DNA of 64,000 nucleotides from a virus (Duplodnaviria; Caudoviricetes), in the IMG/VR virus record IMGVR_UViG_3300021387_000994, positions 1 through 64,000 of that record; one strand, written 5' to 3'. A program made the position numbers and the translations under genes. Positions 1 through 10,488 of this stretch are shown here, piece by piece (position 1 is the stretch's first letter; every line of letters begins with the position of its first letter). Under the pieces are notes generated by a model. That model saw only the letters and a program-made list of their open reading frames with translations. It searched no databases and was not told the origin of the DNA.

Positions 1-155
1 TTTCTATCTTTCGGTTTATAACCTATTCTATGATATTTTTTATTATTATCTGTGAAGGAAACTATTTCGACATTGAGACCATTTATGTCTATAATATCTT
101 CTTCTCTTACCATCTCACCGAAATATTCTTCGGTTATAGTTTTAAGTATTCCCAT
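1..155 (-). CDS. DUF285/BspA-like repeat protein paralog, 5' part (runs off window)
   Basis: Reads MGILKTITEEYFGEMVREEDIIDINGLNVEIVSFTDNN..., nearly identical to the N-terminus of 157..831; starts 1 nt after that gene's stop. Confidence 0.8.
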   Translation of the reverse strand, partial: MGILKTITEEYFGEMVREEDIIDINGLNVEIVSFTDNNKKYHRIGYKPKDR

Positions 156-156
156 G

Positions 157-831
157 CTATTTCATCTTTGGTTTATATTCGTCTTTTATCGGACAATTAT
201 TAAACATATTTGTTTTATATTTTTCAGTTAAATTCCATTTTGATAAATCTTGATTAAAAGATTTTGCATAAGCAAACATAAAACTCATATCTTTGACACT
301 AGATACTTTCCAATCACCTATTGGTTGGTTGAATGATGTAGTATCATAAAACATATAACTCATATTTTTAACATTTGAAACGTCCCATTTTCCAATAGGT
401 TGGTTGAATGATGTAGCACTAGAAAACATATAACTCATAATTCTAACATTTGAAACGTCCCATTTTCCAATAGGTTGGTTAAACGATGTAGTATCATAAA
501 ACATACTATCCATATATATAACATTTGAAACGTCCCAACCGGTTATATCACCATTGAATGTTTCATTGTAGTTAAATAAATAACACATATCTTTAATATC
601 TGAAGTGTCTATATCATTGAAGTCACCCTCATCTCCCCTCACTTCAAACATTCTTTCCAATAATTTTTGTAAGTTATTTTTATCTTTCGGTTTATATCCT
701 CTTCTATGGATATTTCCATTATTATCTGTGAAAGAAACTATTTCAACATCAATACCAGTTAAATCTATCATGTCTTCTTCTCTTACGGTTTCACCGAAAT
801 ATTCTTCTGTTATAGTTTTAAGTATTCCCAT
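157..831 (-). CDS. DUF285/BspA-like (PARCEL) 25-aa repeat protein
   Basis: Repeats FNQPIGKWDVSNVxxMSYMF; CATAAATA late motif at 850-857 (-). Confidence 0.85.
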   Translation of the reverse strand: MGILKTITEEYFGETVREEDMIDLTGIDVEIVSFTDNNGNIHRRGYKPKDKNNLQKLLERMFEVRGDEGDFNDIDTSDIKDMCYLFNYNETFNGDITGWDVSNVIYMDSMFYDTTSFNQPIGKWDVSNVRIMSYMFSSATSFNQPIGKWDVSNVKNMSYMFYDTTSFNQPIGDWKVSSVKDMSFMFAYAKSFNQDLSKWNLTEKYKTNMFNNCPIKDEYKPKMK

Positions 832-900
832 ACTATTATTATTATATTTTATTTATGTGATTTATTACATTTCAAGAAAAAATTTGTTATATTTAATAGT

Positions 901-1605
901 ATGAAAATAATACTTGATGAACTAACACCGAAAGAATTTTTCTCGAATGGAGGAATCGTTAAAATCCAAATCGACCCAAATTTATTCAAACAAAAAAAGA
1001 ATAAGTTTCTTTTTTATGAATACAGGGGATATATTCGTTTTTTAAGAGAAATTTATCTTAAATATATGTCCATCTATTCCGATATGACTCCACAAGAGGT
1101 GTATGGGAAAGTAAATTCATTGGTCAAACTCCAATGTACAATAGGAACAAAAGAATACACGATAGACCCCAATTTTGATGGTGTCGGTTCTTTAGAATTT
1201 TGTAATTTTTACTATTGTTACGACAATGATTTTTTTGAAAAATCAACTCAGCAGAAAACAGATGTTTATAAGATGGAAAATGTAAATTTTTCCACCATAG
1301 ATATAAACGACAGTAATTGGAATATATATGAAAAACAAAGACTTGAACGTGGATTTGATGATTCTGAACTGTGGTGTTTGAATAATACAATATCAAGTTT
1401 TATACTTCCAAGACTGAAGGCGTTTAAAGAAAAACATTTCAGTACTCCGGAAAATATGACAAGTGACGAATGGGACAATATTCTTGAAAGAATAATAATC
1501 GCTTTTGAAATTGTAAGAAAAGACAACCAGACAGAAGAAGAGATGTATAAAATGGAATGTGGATTGAAACTTTTTGCAAGATATTTGAAAAATATGTGGG
1601 ATTAA
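901..1605 (+). CDS. hypothetical phage protein
   Basis: 234-aa ORF directly after a TTTGTTATATTTA motif. Confidence 0.7.
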   Translation: MKIILDELTPKEFFSNGGIVKIQIDPNLFKQKKNKFLFYEYRGYIRFLREIYLKYMSIYSDMTPQEVYGKVNSLVKLQCTIGTKEYTIDPNFDGVGSLEFCNFYYCYDNDFFEKSTQQKTDVYKMENVNFSTIDINDSNWNIYEKQRLERGFDDSELWCLNNTISSFILPRLKAFKEKHFSTPENMTSDEWDNILERIIIAFEIVRKDNQTEEEMYKMECGLKLFARYLKNMWD

Positions 1606-1608
1606 ATT

Positions 1609-2235
1609 ATGAAAAAAGAAAAATTTTTAATTTTGAATCGCTGGAGAACACCTGATGGAACAATTCTGACATCTAGATACAGACATGAATATGTTGAACA
1701 CACAGACAAAAACGGAGAATATTACTTTGTTGATGGTGGTTCTGACTATATTCGTGTGTCTGTCAATAATGAAAAGATGACAGATATGTGTGTGTATTCA
1801 GACAGTCCGTTTGATGAAATCAGAAGAATTATGGTACGTGGTACGTTTAGTGAAGATAGCAAACCCATATTTATTCCTTTGTGTAATATGTCAAATCCAC
1901 ATCTCGAAAACTGCATAACATACTATTCTGATTTATTCGATGAGAAAGGATGTAAAAATAAGTATATGCACTTCTATCTTCTTGAACTAATTGCAAGATG
2001 GTATGCAAACAAGTTTATCACTGATAAAACATATACCATCGAAGACACGACAACTGATAATGTTGAAACTATTTCTGAACCATATCTTCAATCAATTGAA
2101 GATGTTTTTGATTATGGAATATTGGAAACTGTTACTAAAATAAAAGAAAATATATCAACAAATATTCATAGTGATAAAAAGGAAATGATAGAACTTATTA
2201 TCCATCTATATAATTTATTAAAAAGACAAAAATAA
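1609..2235 (+). CDS. conserved phage hypothetical protein (SRxRH...VDGG motif)
   Basis: TPDGTILTSRYRHEYVEH..YFVDGGSDYIR motif common in large phages; followed by a terminator. Confidence 0.65.
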   Translation: MKKEKFLILNRWRTPDGTILTSRYRHEYVEHTDKNGEYYFVDGGSDYIRVSVNNEKMTDMCVYSDSPFDEIRRIMVRGTFSEDSKPIFIPLCNMSNPHLENCITYYSDLFDEKGCKNKYMHFYLLELIARWYANKFITDKTYTIEDTTTDNVETISEPYLQSIEDVFDYGILETVTKIKENISTNIHSDKKEMIELIIHLYNLLKRQK

Positions 2236-2261
2236 AAAAGGGTGAGAAATCACCCTTTTTT
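2234..2261. terminator. bidirectional intrinsic terminator
   Basis: AAAAAAGGGTGA-GAAA-TCACCCTTTTTT. Confidence 0.8.
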
Positions 2262-2369
2262 ATTTTCTATACTTTCTATGAATAATTTATTGTAAATTCC
2301 ACCATAGAATTTTGTCTTACTAATCACATCCATAACTTCTTTGTTTGTATAAAATTTTTTACCATAATA

Positions 2370-2386
2370 TATTTATGTCATAAATA
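2370..2386. promoter_or_regulatory. back-to-back T4-like late promoters
   Basis: TATTTATG-T-CATAAATA palindrome; CATAAATA recurs upstream of the structural genes. Confidence 0.65.
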
Positions 2387-2411
2387 AGATATAATACATC
2401 TTACAAGATAA

Positions 2412-4073
2412 ATGCCTACATATACTTATAACAATGGTAATTTTTCATCGACAACAAATATAGTGAATGGAGTTGCATACACACAGAATATTATGATGCT
2501 AAACTCAACCGGTAATGGTTGTGGTGATTCTCCGTGCCCACAAGGATATTCACTTTACTTCCCTTGTCTTAAAAATATAACAAGAGGTGAAGATGTCTGT
2601 TTTGACTTTTATGTTGTTGACAATGTTACAAAGGATGTTGTCGATTTGAGAAAGGTCGACGCCATTTCTATAACTCTAACTGGAAATTTTGGATGCACAC
2701 TCGGCACATATACATACCCAAGTGATGACGGGTATATTAGACCATTACAGAAAATTGAATATAAACACATTTTAGAAGAAGGGTTCAAGGAAAGGGAAAA
2801 ATTCAACCTCAACGTTGTTTCTGTTGATACTGATTTGGAAGAAATATCAGAATCAAACATTAATGGGAAAATAGGTTCTTATTACGAGGGTGACACGGTT
2901 GTACTTGAAGCATACGACACAGAATCATATATTTTTGTAGGATGGGTTGATTTAGATTCAGAACTTGACGACGAATGTGATGATTATTATTATTCTACAA
3001 ATCATAGAATTGTTTTCAAGATATATTCTGATAAAAATCTTGCAGCTATATATAAGAAAAGGGAAACTTATACAATTGAATTTGACACAAAAAATTCATT
3101 GTTCAACTATTATTATAGAAACAAAGAGTATGAACTTCTTGAAAACAGGATAACGGTTAAGGAAGGGGAGTTCATCATCGTAAGGTCTATTCCGGTAAAT
3201 TGTATTTTTTCAAAATGGAATATGTCCGGTTTAAAAGGATGTTGGCACACGGACGAAAAGAATATCGTCATGCAGATTTGTGTTAAATCAAATATTAGAT
3301 TGAAGATAGATTCGATAGATGTTCCAACAGACTTTAACGAAGAAAGTGACAGTGATAGTGAAAACATGAATCCGTTTGACTTGAATTTTGTAAATTTCAC
3401 AATGCAGTCTTTGATTTCTTTATGTAACATAGACATAAACAAAGGTGATATAAAGGAACACAATCTTGAAAGAAATGTTTTGACAAATGACATCGTATTT
3501 TCACCCGATACAGATATTTCGAAAATGTTTGTATCATGCACTCCAATAGACTATAATAATTTGTATTGCTATCATAGTGGAACAAATACTATGTTAAGAT
3601 TTGGAAACGAGAATGAAAATGGATATTTGTCGTTTTTGAATCCTGTTGTAGAAAATGAAACTGTAATTGAGGTTTATTGTACGAAATACAACAACGAAGT
3701 TTGTTCCATTTCAGTTAAACTAGATGATGATGAACAACAAGTTCAAGAACTCTATGACTCAGGTATAAATATATTGACATTTAGATTCGATAATATTGAT
3801 TTTAAAACAATAACAATATCGTCTGTCGGTGAAGTATTTCCAGAGGAAAAATCAGGTATCTGTTTTGTGGATAAGATAATAGTGTCAGATAGTGTGATTA
3901 TAGACAAAGGAAAGGCAACATTGTGTCTTCCTGGTTCAGTTACATCTACTTTCCATCGTGGTAAGATAACCGCCACCGGTGCAATCATGGTAGGTGGAAA
4001 ATCATACGGTCTCCCATGCACTATGATTGGAAATGTAAGTGGAAATCCAATAATAAATCAAATAATAATATAA
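2412..4073 (+). CDS. putative virion structural protein with InlB-B-repeat-like beta domains
   Basis: GSYYEGDTVVLEA..YIFVGW and FSKW motifs; late promoter upstream. Confidence 0.5.
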   Translation: MPTYTYNNGNFSSTTNIVNGVAYTQNIMMLNSTGNGCGDSPCPQGYSLYFPCLKNITRGEDVCFDFYVVDNVTKDVVDLRKVDAISITLTGNFGCTLGTYTYPSDDGYIRPLQKIEYKHILEEGFKEREKFNLNVVSVDTDLEEISESNINGKIGSYYEGDTVVLEAYDTESYIFVGWVDLDSELDDECDDYYYSTNHRIVFKIYSDKNLAAIYKKRETYTIEFDTKNSLFNYYYRNKEYELLENRITVKEGEFIIVRSIPVNCIFSKWNMSGLKGCWHTDEKNIVMQICVKSNIRLKIDSIDVPTDFNEESDSDSENMNPFDLNFVNFTMQSLISLCNIDINKGDIKEHNLERNVLTNDIVFSPDTDISKMFVSCTPIDYNNLYCYHSGTNTMLRFGNENENGYLSFLNPVVENETVIEVYCTKYNNEVCSISVKLDDDEQQVQELYDSGINILTFRFDNIDFKTITISSVGEVFPEEKSGICFVDKIIVSDSVIIDKGKATLCLPGSVTSTFHRGKITATGAIMVGGKSYGLPCTMIGNVSGNPIINQIII

Positions 4074-4075
4074 AA

Positions 4076-5473
4076 ATGAATAACATATTGACTATTGAAG
4101 AATTTTTACAAGAAGATTATGAAAGTATAAACGAGGGTCTTTTGACAAATCTTTTTGGAGCAATTTTAAGAAAAGATATGTGGAGTCTCGTAAAAGGTGA
4201 AAATTCTATAAAAAAGGAATTTCGTGAGATAGACGACAAATTGAATGGATTCTATCTAACAAAGGTGAAAAATCCAAACGCTTCACAGAACGTCCGTCAG
4301 ACACTTGTTGAGTGGGCTGGTGAGATATATAAAGCCAAAGTTGAAGCAAAGGAGAAATTTGAAAAAGAAAACAAAAATGGTGAAGAAACTTTCCCACTTG
4401 AAGATATTCTCGGTATGTTCGCTTTTTCAACAGAAAGTGAGTTAAAAAAGGGTGGTGTTACAGACGAGTCGATAAAAAGTTTCAGAAAACTACATAAAGA
4501 CCTAGATATGGACACCAGGATGGACGAAAATTCTTCGTTAAAGAAAATGGTCGAACAGATAAAGAAAATCGACGAGAGATACCAAAAAATGCTCGATGAA
4601 TACACATCTAGTTCTGCTGATTTGAGAAGGTGGGCAAAATTATTGAAGTCAAATATGGAAATCATCATAGATAAACTACTTTGTGACAAATATGATGAAA
4701 AAAACAGATTCGCCGAAGACTTGAAAAGTGTGAAAAGTAAAAGAAATAAAAAGAATGAGAAAAAGAACAATGAGGAACAAAAAACCGAAAATGATGAATT
4801 GAGGAATATAGAAACAGAAAGAACCGATACTTTGAGAGACCTTGGTGCAGACCCAGATAGTAATTTTTCATCTGATTATTTTAATGAATCAAGAACCATT
4901 GAAATAAACGAGTCTAAAAAAATAGAAATAGGAAATGTGAATAAGACATTGGGTCTTGTTGTCAAAATCGACAAAAACGATGAACATCAGAAAAAAATAA
5001 TCAAAAACTGTATACATTTAATTTCTGTCTTTGTCGTGGATAACATAGATAAGAATTTTACAGATTCTAAACAATTTACAAAAGGTCTCGGATTCCAATT
5101 GTTCTGTTCGGCAGCATTAAACTTCTTATACTACTGTTATTCTGGTGATGACAATATATTGAAAGAAAAGAAAGGTATTGCAATTGAGGTTATGGCAAGA
5201 GCATGTGCTTACAACAATGTACTTTCTGGATTCGGACTCCCATGTCCGAAAGAAGATGAGAACAAGGACGACAGTGAAAAAAGAAGTGCCTTTGGATATT
5301 TTGTAGATGAATTTGAGAAAATCATCAAAAAAGAAAACGACAGAGAAGTTCTCACAAATTTCAAAAAGATAAAAGACTTAATCTTGAAAAAAGCAAAGGA
5401 AGTTTTTAAAAAAATTGAGGATGAGAACGAAAAAGAAATGAAAGAAGATGAACGAAAAGACAATAATGAATAA
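4076..5473 (+). CDS. putative internal head protein (charged, helical)
   Basis: Likely start ATG 4076 (MNNILTIEEFLQEDYESINEGLL) with a capsid-targeting-like N-terminus and INE protease-type sites. Confidence 0.55.
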   Translation: MNNILTIEEFLQEDYESINEGLLTNLFGAILRKDMWSLVKGENSIKKEFREIDDKLNGFYLTKVKNPNASQNVRQTLVEWAGEIYKAKVEAKEKFEKENKNGEETFPLEDILGMFAFSTESELKKGGVTDESIKSFRKLHKDLDMDTRMDENSSLKKMVEQIKKIDERYQKMLDEYTSSSADLRRWAKLLKSNMEIIIDKLLCDKYDEKNRFAEDLKSVKSKRNKKNEKKNNEEQKTENDELRNIETERTDTLRDLGADPDSNFSSDYFNESRTIEINESKKIEIGNVNKTLGLVVKIDKNDEHQKKIIKNCIHLISVFVVDNIDKNFTDSKQFTKGLGFQLFCSAALNFLYYCYSGDDNILKEKKGIAIEVMARACAYNNVLSGFGLPCPKEDENKDDSEKRSAFGYFVDEFEKIIKKENDREVLTNFKKIKDLILKKAKEVFKKIEDENEKEMKEDERKDNNE

Positions 5474-5506
5474 AAAAAAGAGGATTCCAAATGGAATCCT
5501 CTTTTT
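5472..5506. terminator. bidirectional terminator between convergent genes
   Basis: GAGGATTCCA-AA-TGGAATCCTC flanked by A/T tracts. Confidence 0.8.
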
Positions 5507-5521
5507 GTTTTTCTCTTTAAG

Positions 5522-6103
5522 TTACTGAACCGATGGAAGACCGATTGTCTCTTCATCCCAGTAGTCACAAATAAATGTGATTTGAAGTTCGTTTGCCTCG
5601 TTGACATTGTCATAGTTTCTATCACCCATACCTGTCATCTGACCCGATGGAAAAATGTCCTTACAAGTAATCTTTCTCCAGACTGAACCGTCACGGTTGT
5701 ATTCAACAATGACCATAGTTCCACAATAGATTGCCTTCAATCCTTGAGAACCCGTTGCAGGGTTGTAAATCAAGTTCGTCCAGTTACGAAGTGCAGTATA
5801 GATATAGTTTTCGTTGGCATTGTTCAAGTTCAAAGAAAATGTGATACCTATTTCCAAGTGTGTCTGGTCTGGACCACCGGCATAGTGTCTTTCTGCAAAT
5901 TTGAACTTCTGTACAGCGGTACCTACTGCTGGATTCAACCCGTCAAGTCCGGAAATACTACGTACATGTTCGAGAAGCAATGCTGAATCGGCTGTCACGG
6001 CACCATTCAAAGGTGACATAATCGTGACCTCGAAAAGCGATGGATTCACCACTTCCCATTTATTCATACTGGCTTGACTATTCCTATAGTGACTCAAACT
6101 CAT
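5522..6103 (-). CDS. gp19: tail tube protein (T4 gp19-like)
   Basis: 193 aa; LRNWTNLIYNPATG, VEYNRDG, IFPS, ITFICDYW motifs; next to sheath; late promoter 6158-6165. Confidence 0.85.
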   Translation of the reverse strand: MSLSHYRNSQASMNKWEVVNPSLFEVTIMSPLNGAVTADSALLLEHVRSISGLDGLNPAVGTAVQKFKFAERHYAGGPDQTHLEIGITFSLNLNNANENYIYTALRNWTNLIYNPATGSQGLKAIYCGTMVIVEYNRDGSVWRKITCKDIFPSGQMTGMGDRNYDNVNEANELQITFICDYWDEETIGLPSVQ

Positions 6104-6170
6104 ATATTTATAATATTATTTTATATATTTTAAGGAAAGAAACTATCTTTCCAATATTATTTATGTAAAA

Positions 6171-7226
6171 TTATTTCCAGTTATTTTCTTTTGAAATATC
6201 ATCTAACAAATTTCTTTTATATAGAAAATTAAATGCAGACATATTCATTATCTTGAACTCACTTCTTGAACCATATTTTCTAGACTCGTTTTTTGCAGAT
6301 TCAACAGTCCATGTTTTTCTACGTAATTTTAACCAAGTCATTTCATCCAACCAACCATTTTCCCTCGCTATTGAATATGCTCTACTACTTTTTCTGCTAA
6401 ACTCATTTCTGTTTGTATATTTTTTAGATTCCTCGAAAACAAGTTCTTTTGTCCATTTTATTTCTTTAGGTGGTCTTTTCAACCAAACCATCTCATCTAT
6501 CCAATTATTTTTAATAGAAACTTGATAAGCACCTCTACATTTTTTAAAAAATTCAACTCTTGATTGATATTTTTTAGATTCATCAAACACTTCTTCTTTT
6601 GTCCATTCCGTCCTCACGAGTCTCTTTATCCACGGCATCTTGTCGAAGAGTCTGTGTTTTCTTGCATATTCAAATGCATATGATGAATTTTTCATGAAAT
6701 CTTTCCTGCTCGTGTATTTCCTCGATTCCTCGATTACAGTTTCGTCTGTCCATTTAAAATGAAGTCCTATTGAGCTGCATCCGACACCGACTTTTGCTTT
6801 ATTCAACATAGTATACCCATTTGACTCATACACATCGACCCAATATTTTTCCATTTCTTGTGCTTTTTCTATAGTTAAGTTATCTTCGAGATATTTTGGT
6901 TCCGGTACACATAACCCAAGTTGTGAGAAATATTCGTACACTGGTGAGTTCGATGTCTTGTTCGGTGAAAACATTCCCGTTTTATGTTGTTCATGTCTTT
7001 TCTTTTTATCAACAGTGAGTCCTACATAGGCAACTTTATTTTCGTTATCTTCATATACATATACACATCTCGGTCTGTTGTCTGTGTTTTTCGACAACCA
7101 GTCCATTTTGTTCATAATCCCACGTTTTAGGGAATGTTTATATGCCGAGTTTGATTTTCTTGCAAACTCAGTTCTTGTTTTATATTTCTTTGACTCTTCT
7201 AAAAGAGACTCATCTGTCCATTTCAT
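6171..7226 (-). mobile_element. GIY-YIG homing endonuclease with repeated KWT-E..KY..R.EF DNA-binding modules
   Basis: CVYVYE...AYVGLT...RHEQH, E..W..Y...GY.MLN GIY-YIG core; about five ~50-aa repeats. Confidence 0.8.
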
Positions 7227-7312
7227 AATATATTTATTATATTATTTCCATAACCAATAATTGAAAAAAAATATTTCATAAATAAGATATATCAAAAAAA
7301 AATTATAATAAT

Positions 7313-10300
7313 ATGGCTTTAGATGCAGAATTGAGTAATTTGAAATCAGCTGGTACCTATCGTTTTGAGAGAGACCTTAGTACCATTTCAAATGATACAA
7401 CCACATACTCTAATTTGAGATTGGTTGTTGGATTCTCGAAGATTGGTCCATTTAACACACCAATGTTGGTGACAAATTCAGCACAATTTGTGAAACTTTA
7501 CGGTCCAATTGACCGTTCCCTTGAAAAGAGAGGTTCTTACTTTCACAGAAGTTGTCTAGTCGCCCTCAGTGCCGGTCCTATTCTTTGCTTGAATCTTTTG
7601 AACCTTGACCCAGACATCGACCAGGTTCCACAGAAGAGTTTTTCTGTAAATACAAAGTACTTCAACAAACCACTTGTTACGTTACCATTGATTTCTATCT
7701 ATGACACCGATAAGTTCTGGTTTGCAAGTGAACAGGCATACTTGGACAGTATCGAAAGATACTTGAACAAAAACGCTGCACAAGAACTTCTTAACGACGA
7801 TGGTGACATTGACAGATATAATGGTGACTACACTACCAACATTCTTCATTTCACCAATGTCGGTAAGAAACCAGTTTCTATCCTTGTTAAGAAAGCAAGT
7901 CCTTATGCAACAACAGGTTATGAAACAACATTGAATGATTGGTATGGTCAAGGTAATGTTCCCGAATACCTTAATGGAACTTCTTATGTAAGTGACTATA
8001 TGGTTGAGGTTTATGTTATTGCCGGTGACTTTGGTCCAGCAACAATCAAATCAAACGGTATCCCAACAAGTACCGATTTGGATGACGACGGTGAGACAGA
8101 AATCATCTATCGTTATGACATTAACGACAAGGACGGAAACAATCCATATTCAAGATTCACATCCGATATCATCTATCAGAACTACTTTGACAAGGACGGT
8201 TTCATCCGTAAGGACAAAAGTACTGATACGACTGATACTAAACTTGCTAGATTCTTGAACCTTTCATCTGTGAAACTTCTCGGTAAGTACACCGGTTCTT
8301 TGATTCCTAACTTTGTAACAAAACTCGGTCAGAATATCTGGATTCAGAAACTTGTAAATGACGACACAAGTGTCAACGGTGTTCTTTGTGCAGAAAATAT
8401 AGAGAACCTTGAAAACATTGAGGAAGTCAATGGTATCATCAATGAGAACATCGACATCATCGGGCATAACATTCCTGCTATGTTGAAAACAGATGAGTTA
8501 AAAGATATAGATTTTAACTTCTTGTCTTATAAAACAAATGTTCCATCTACTGATAGATATTTGTATTTTTCGGCCGATGTCAATAATGACGAAGGTTTTA
8601 TTGATGATAGATTAAGAGATGGTGTCGTTGTCTATAAATATTTCGGAAAGGATGATAATCAAGATGTCACATATAATAGATATAAATGGACAATGGATAA
8701 AATCATCGTGGAGAATGGTCCATATAGAGGAACATATAATCCAGACGATGTTGTAGAAGGTCTTCCAGGAGATGAACAAACAACATGGAAACAGTATATA
8801 AATAGAAATGGTAATCCTTTGAATGGAAATCTCACAGAAAATATATATACTTTTGAAAGTGATTTTAATGTTGGTGTTGTTCCAAGTAAAATTAGAGTCA
8901 TAAACGAGCACAACGATGAAATACAAGGTCCTGTAAAATATACAGAATCTAATCCTTTAATTACAGACATCACCAAATTCGAAGATGATAAAGTTATCTT
9001 TGATAATGATACTTATCCAATAGAAGTTCTACATACTACAGCAAGACCAGACAGTCCACTTATCGGTGAAATACGTGGAAACGAAGTACTTGTTCCAGCT
9101 GGTGTAAATATTGTTGCTGGTGACTATGTTATCTCATGTGTACCTGGTATTGAGGATGAAGACGGTGTGTCAGTTACATATCCATTCTCACGTTTGACCC
9201 GTGTTGTCGAAACTCGTGGTGTATATGCAGACACTTCAGATGACAGTGAGGATGCAGTAAGACTCACCAAGGTCGCTATCAAGGTTGTATGTGCAGACAT
9301 TGTTGATAAGTCAGCAGACGGATACATCAGAAAGTTCAAGACAATCGACCAATATGCAGAACACTTCCAATGGACATGTCTTAAAGGTTTCCAACTCCGT
9401 GACGATTTGATGCCAAACGGAACAAATGAGAGACAGAACGAAATTCTCGATGTCCTTCGTGAAGAACCAAGAATGAACGGAACAAAATCCAACTTGTTTA
9501 AGACACTCTGTGACCGTGACTATATCCAGTGGAGATACCTTGTAGATACATTCGGATATGGTATTGAGGAATCAAGTAAGGATGTGTATACACTTCTTTG
9601 TAAGAAACGTCAAAGTGCATTGGCAATTATCAACTGCCCATCACAGGCAGACTTCAAGAAATCAACTGACCCATCATTCGTGAATGCAAGAAATTCAGTC
9701 GAGGCTGAGTTTATTGCAAAGGGTGGTGATTCATCAAAGACTCCTTCGTTCCTATACACACTTCCATCAGCAGAAAATGGTGCTTCATTCGGTGCATACT
9801 ACTACCCATTCTTGAGAATATCTGATTTGAGTGCAACAAAGAGTGTACCACCTGCAGCCTACGTTTCTAACTTGTATATCTCTAAGTACAATGCAAGTAA
9901 CGCTTGGTCAATCGTCGCCGGTCAGAGAAGAGGTGTTATCTCAGGTAACCAGGTTATCGGTGTTGAAGCAACTCTTGTACATGACAACCGTGATTGGCTT
10001 GAACCAGCAGGTATCAACTCAATCATCTGGGAGAATGGTGTCGGTGTTGAAATCTATGCAAACAAGACTGCAAAACAGAGTCCTAAGTCTGCATTGAGTT
10101 CAATCCACGTCCGTGAGTGCTGCATTTACATACAAGATAACGTTGAAACGATTCTCCGTAAGTATGTGTTTGAAATGAACACTGCTCAGACTCGTTTGGA
10201 AATCAAGACTTTGGTTGATAATTTCTTAGAGGGTGTGAAAGCAGACGGTGGTGTTTATGAATATAAGACCGTTATGGATACATCCAATAACACACAAGAA

Positions 10301-10423
10301 GTTATTGACAACAATCAAGGTGTAATCGACATTTATATTGAACCAGTTAGGGGTCTTGAGATACTCACACAGAGGTTAACCGTGATGAAAACTGGTGGTA
10401 TTGCCGCTGGTGCATTCGAGTAA
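7313..10423 (+). CDS. gp18: tail sheath protein (T4 gp18-like)
   Basis: SAGTYRFERD, VGFSKIGPFNTP; C-terminal VPPAAYVS, WSIVAGQRRG, SALSSIHVR, VFEMN, NNTQEVIDNN, IYIEPVRG; late promoter 7277-7284. Confidence 0.95.
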   Translation: MALDAELSNLKSAGTYRFERDLSTISNDTTTYSNLRLVVGFSKIGPFNTPMLVTNSAQFVKLYGPIDRSLEKRGSYFHRSCLVALSAGPILCLNLLNLDPDIDQVPQKSFSVNTKYFNKPLVTLPLISIYDTDKFWFASEQAYLDSIERYLNKNAAQELLNDDGDIDRYNGDYTTNILHFTNVGKKPVSILVKKASPYATTGYETTLNDWYGQGNVPEYLNGTSYVSDYMVEVYVIAGDFGPATIKSNGIPTSTDLDDDGETEIIYRYDINDKDGNNPYSRFTSDIIYQNYFDKDGFIRKDKSTDTTDTKLARFLNLSSVKLLGKYTGSLIPNFVTKLGQNIWIQKLVNDDTSVNGVLCAENIENLENIEEVNGIINENIDIIGHNIPAMLKTDELKDIDFNFLSYKTNVPSTDRYLYFSADVNNDEGFIDDRLRDGVVVYKYFGKDDNQDVTYNRYKWTMDKIIVENGPYRGTYNPDDVVEGLPGDEQTTWKQYINRNGNPLNGNLTENIYTFESDFNVGVVPSKIRVINEHNDEIQGPVKYTESNPLITDITKFEDDKVIFDNDTYPIEVLHTTARPDSPLIGEIRGNEVLVPAGVNIVAGDYVISCVPGIEDEDGVSVTYPFSRLTRVVETRGVYADTSDDSEDAVRLTKVAIKVVCADIVDKSADGYIRKFKTIDQYAEHFQWTCLKGFQLRDDLMPNGTNERQNEILDVLREEPRMNGTKSNLFKTLCDRDYIQWRYLVDTFGYGIEESSKDVYTLLCKKRQSALAIINCPSQADFKKSTDPSFVNARNSVEAEFIAKGGDSSKTPSFLYTLPSAENGASFGAYYYPFLRISDLSATKSVPPAAYVSNLYISKYNASNAWSIVAGQRRGVISGNQVIGVEATLVHDNRDWLEPAGINSIIWENGVGVEIYANKTAKQSPKSALSSIHVRECCIYIQDNVETILRKYVFEMNTAQTRLEIKTLVDNFLEGVKADGGVYEYKTVMDTSNNTQEVIDNNQGVIDIYIEPVRGLEILTQRLTVMKTGGIAAGAFE

Positions 10424-10488
10424 TGAATATTACTTTAAAATAAATAAAGGGAATGGAAAAAACCATTCCCTTTTGTTATTTTTAATAT

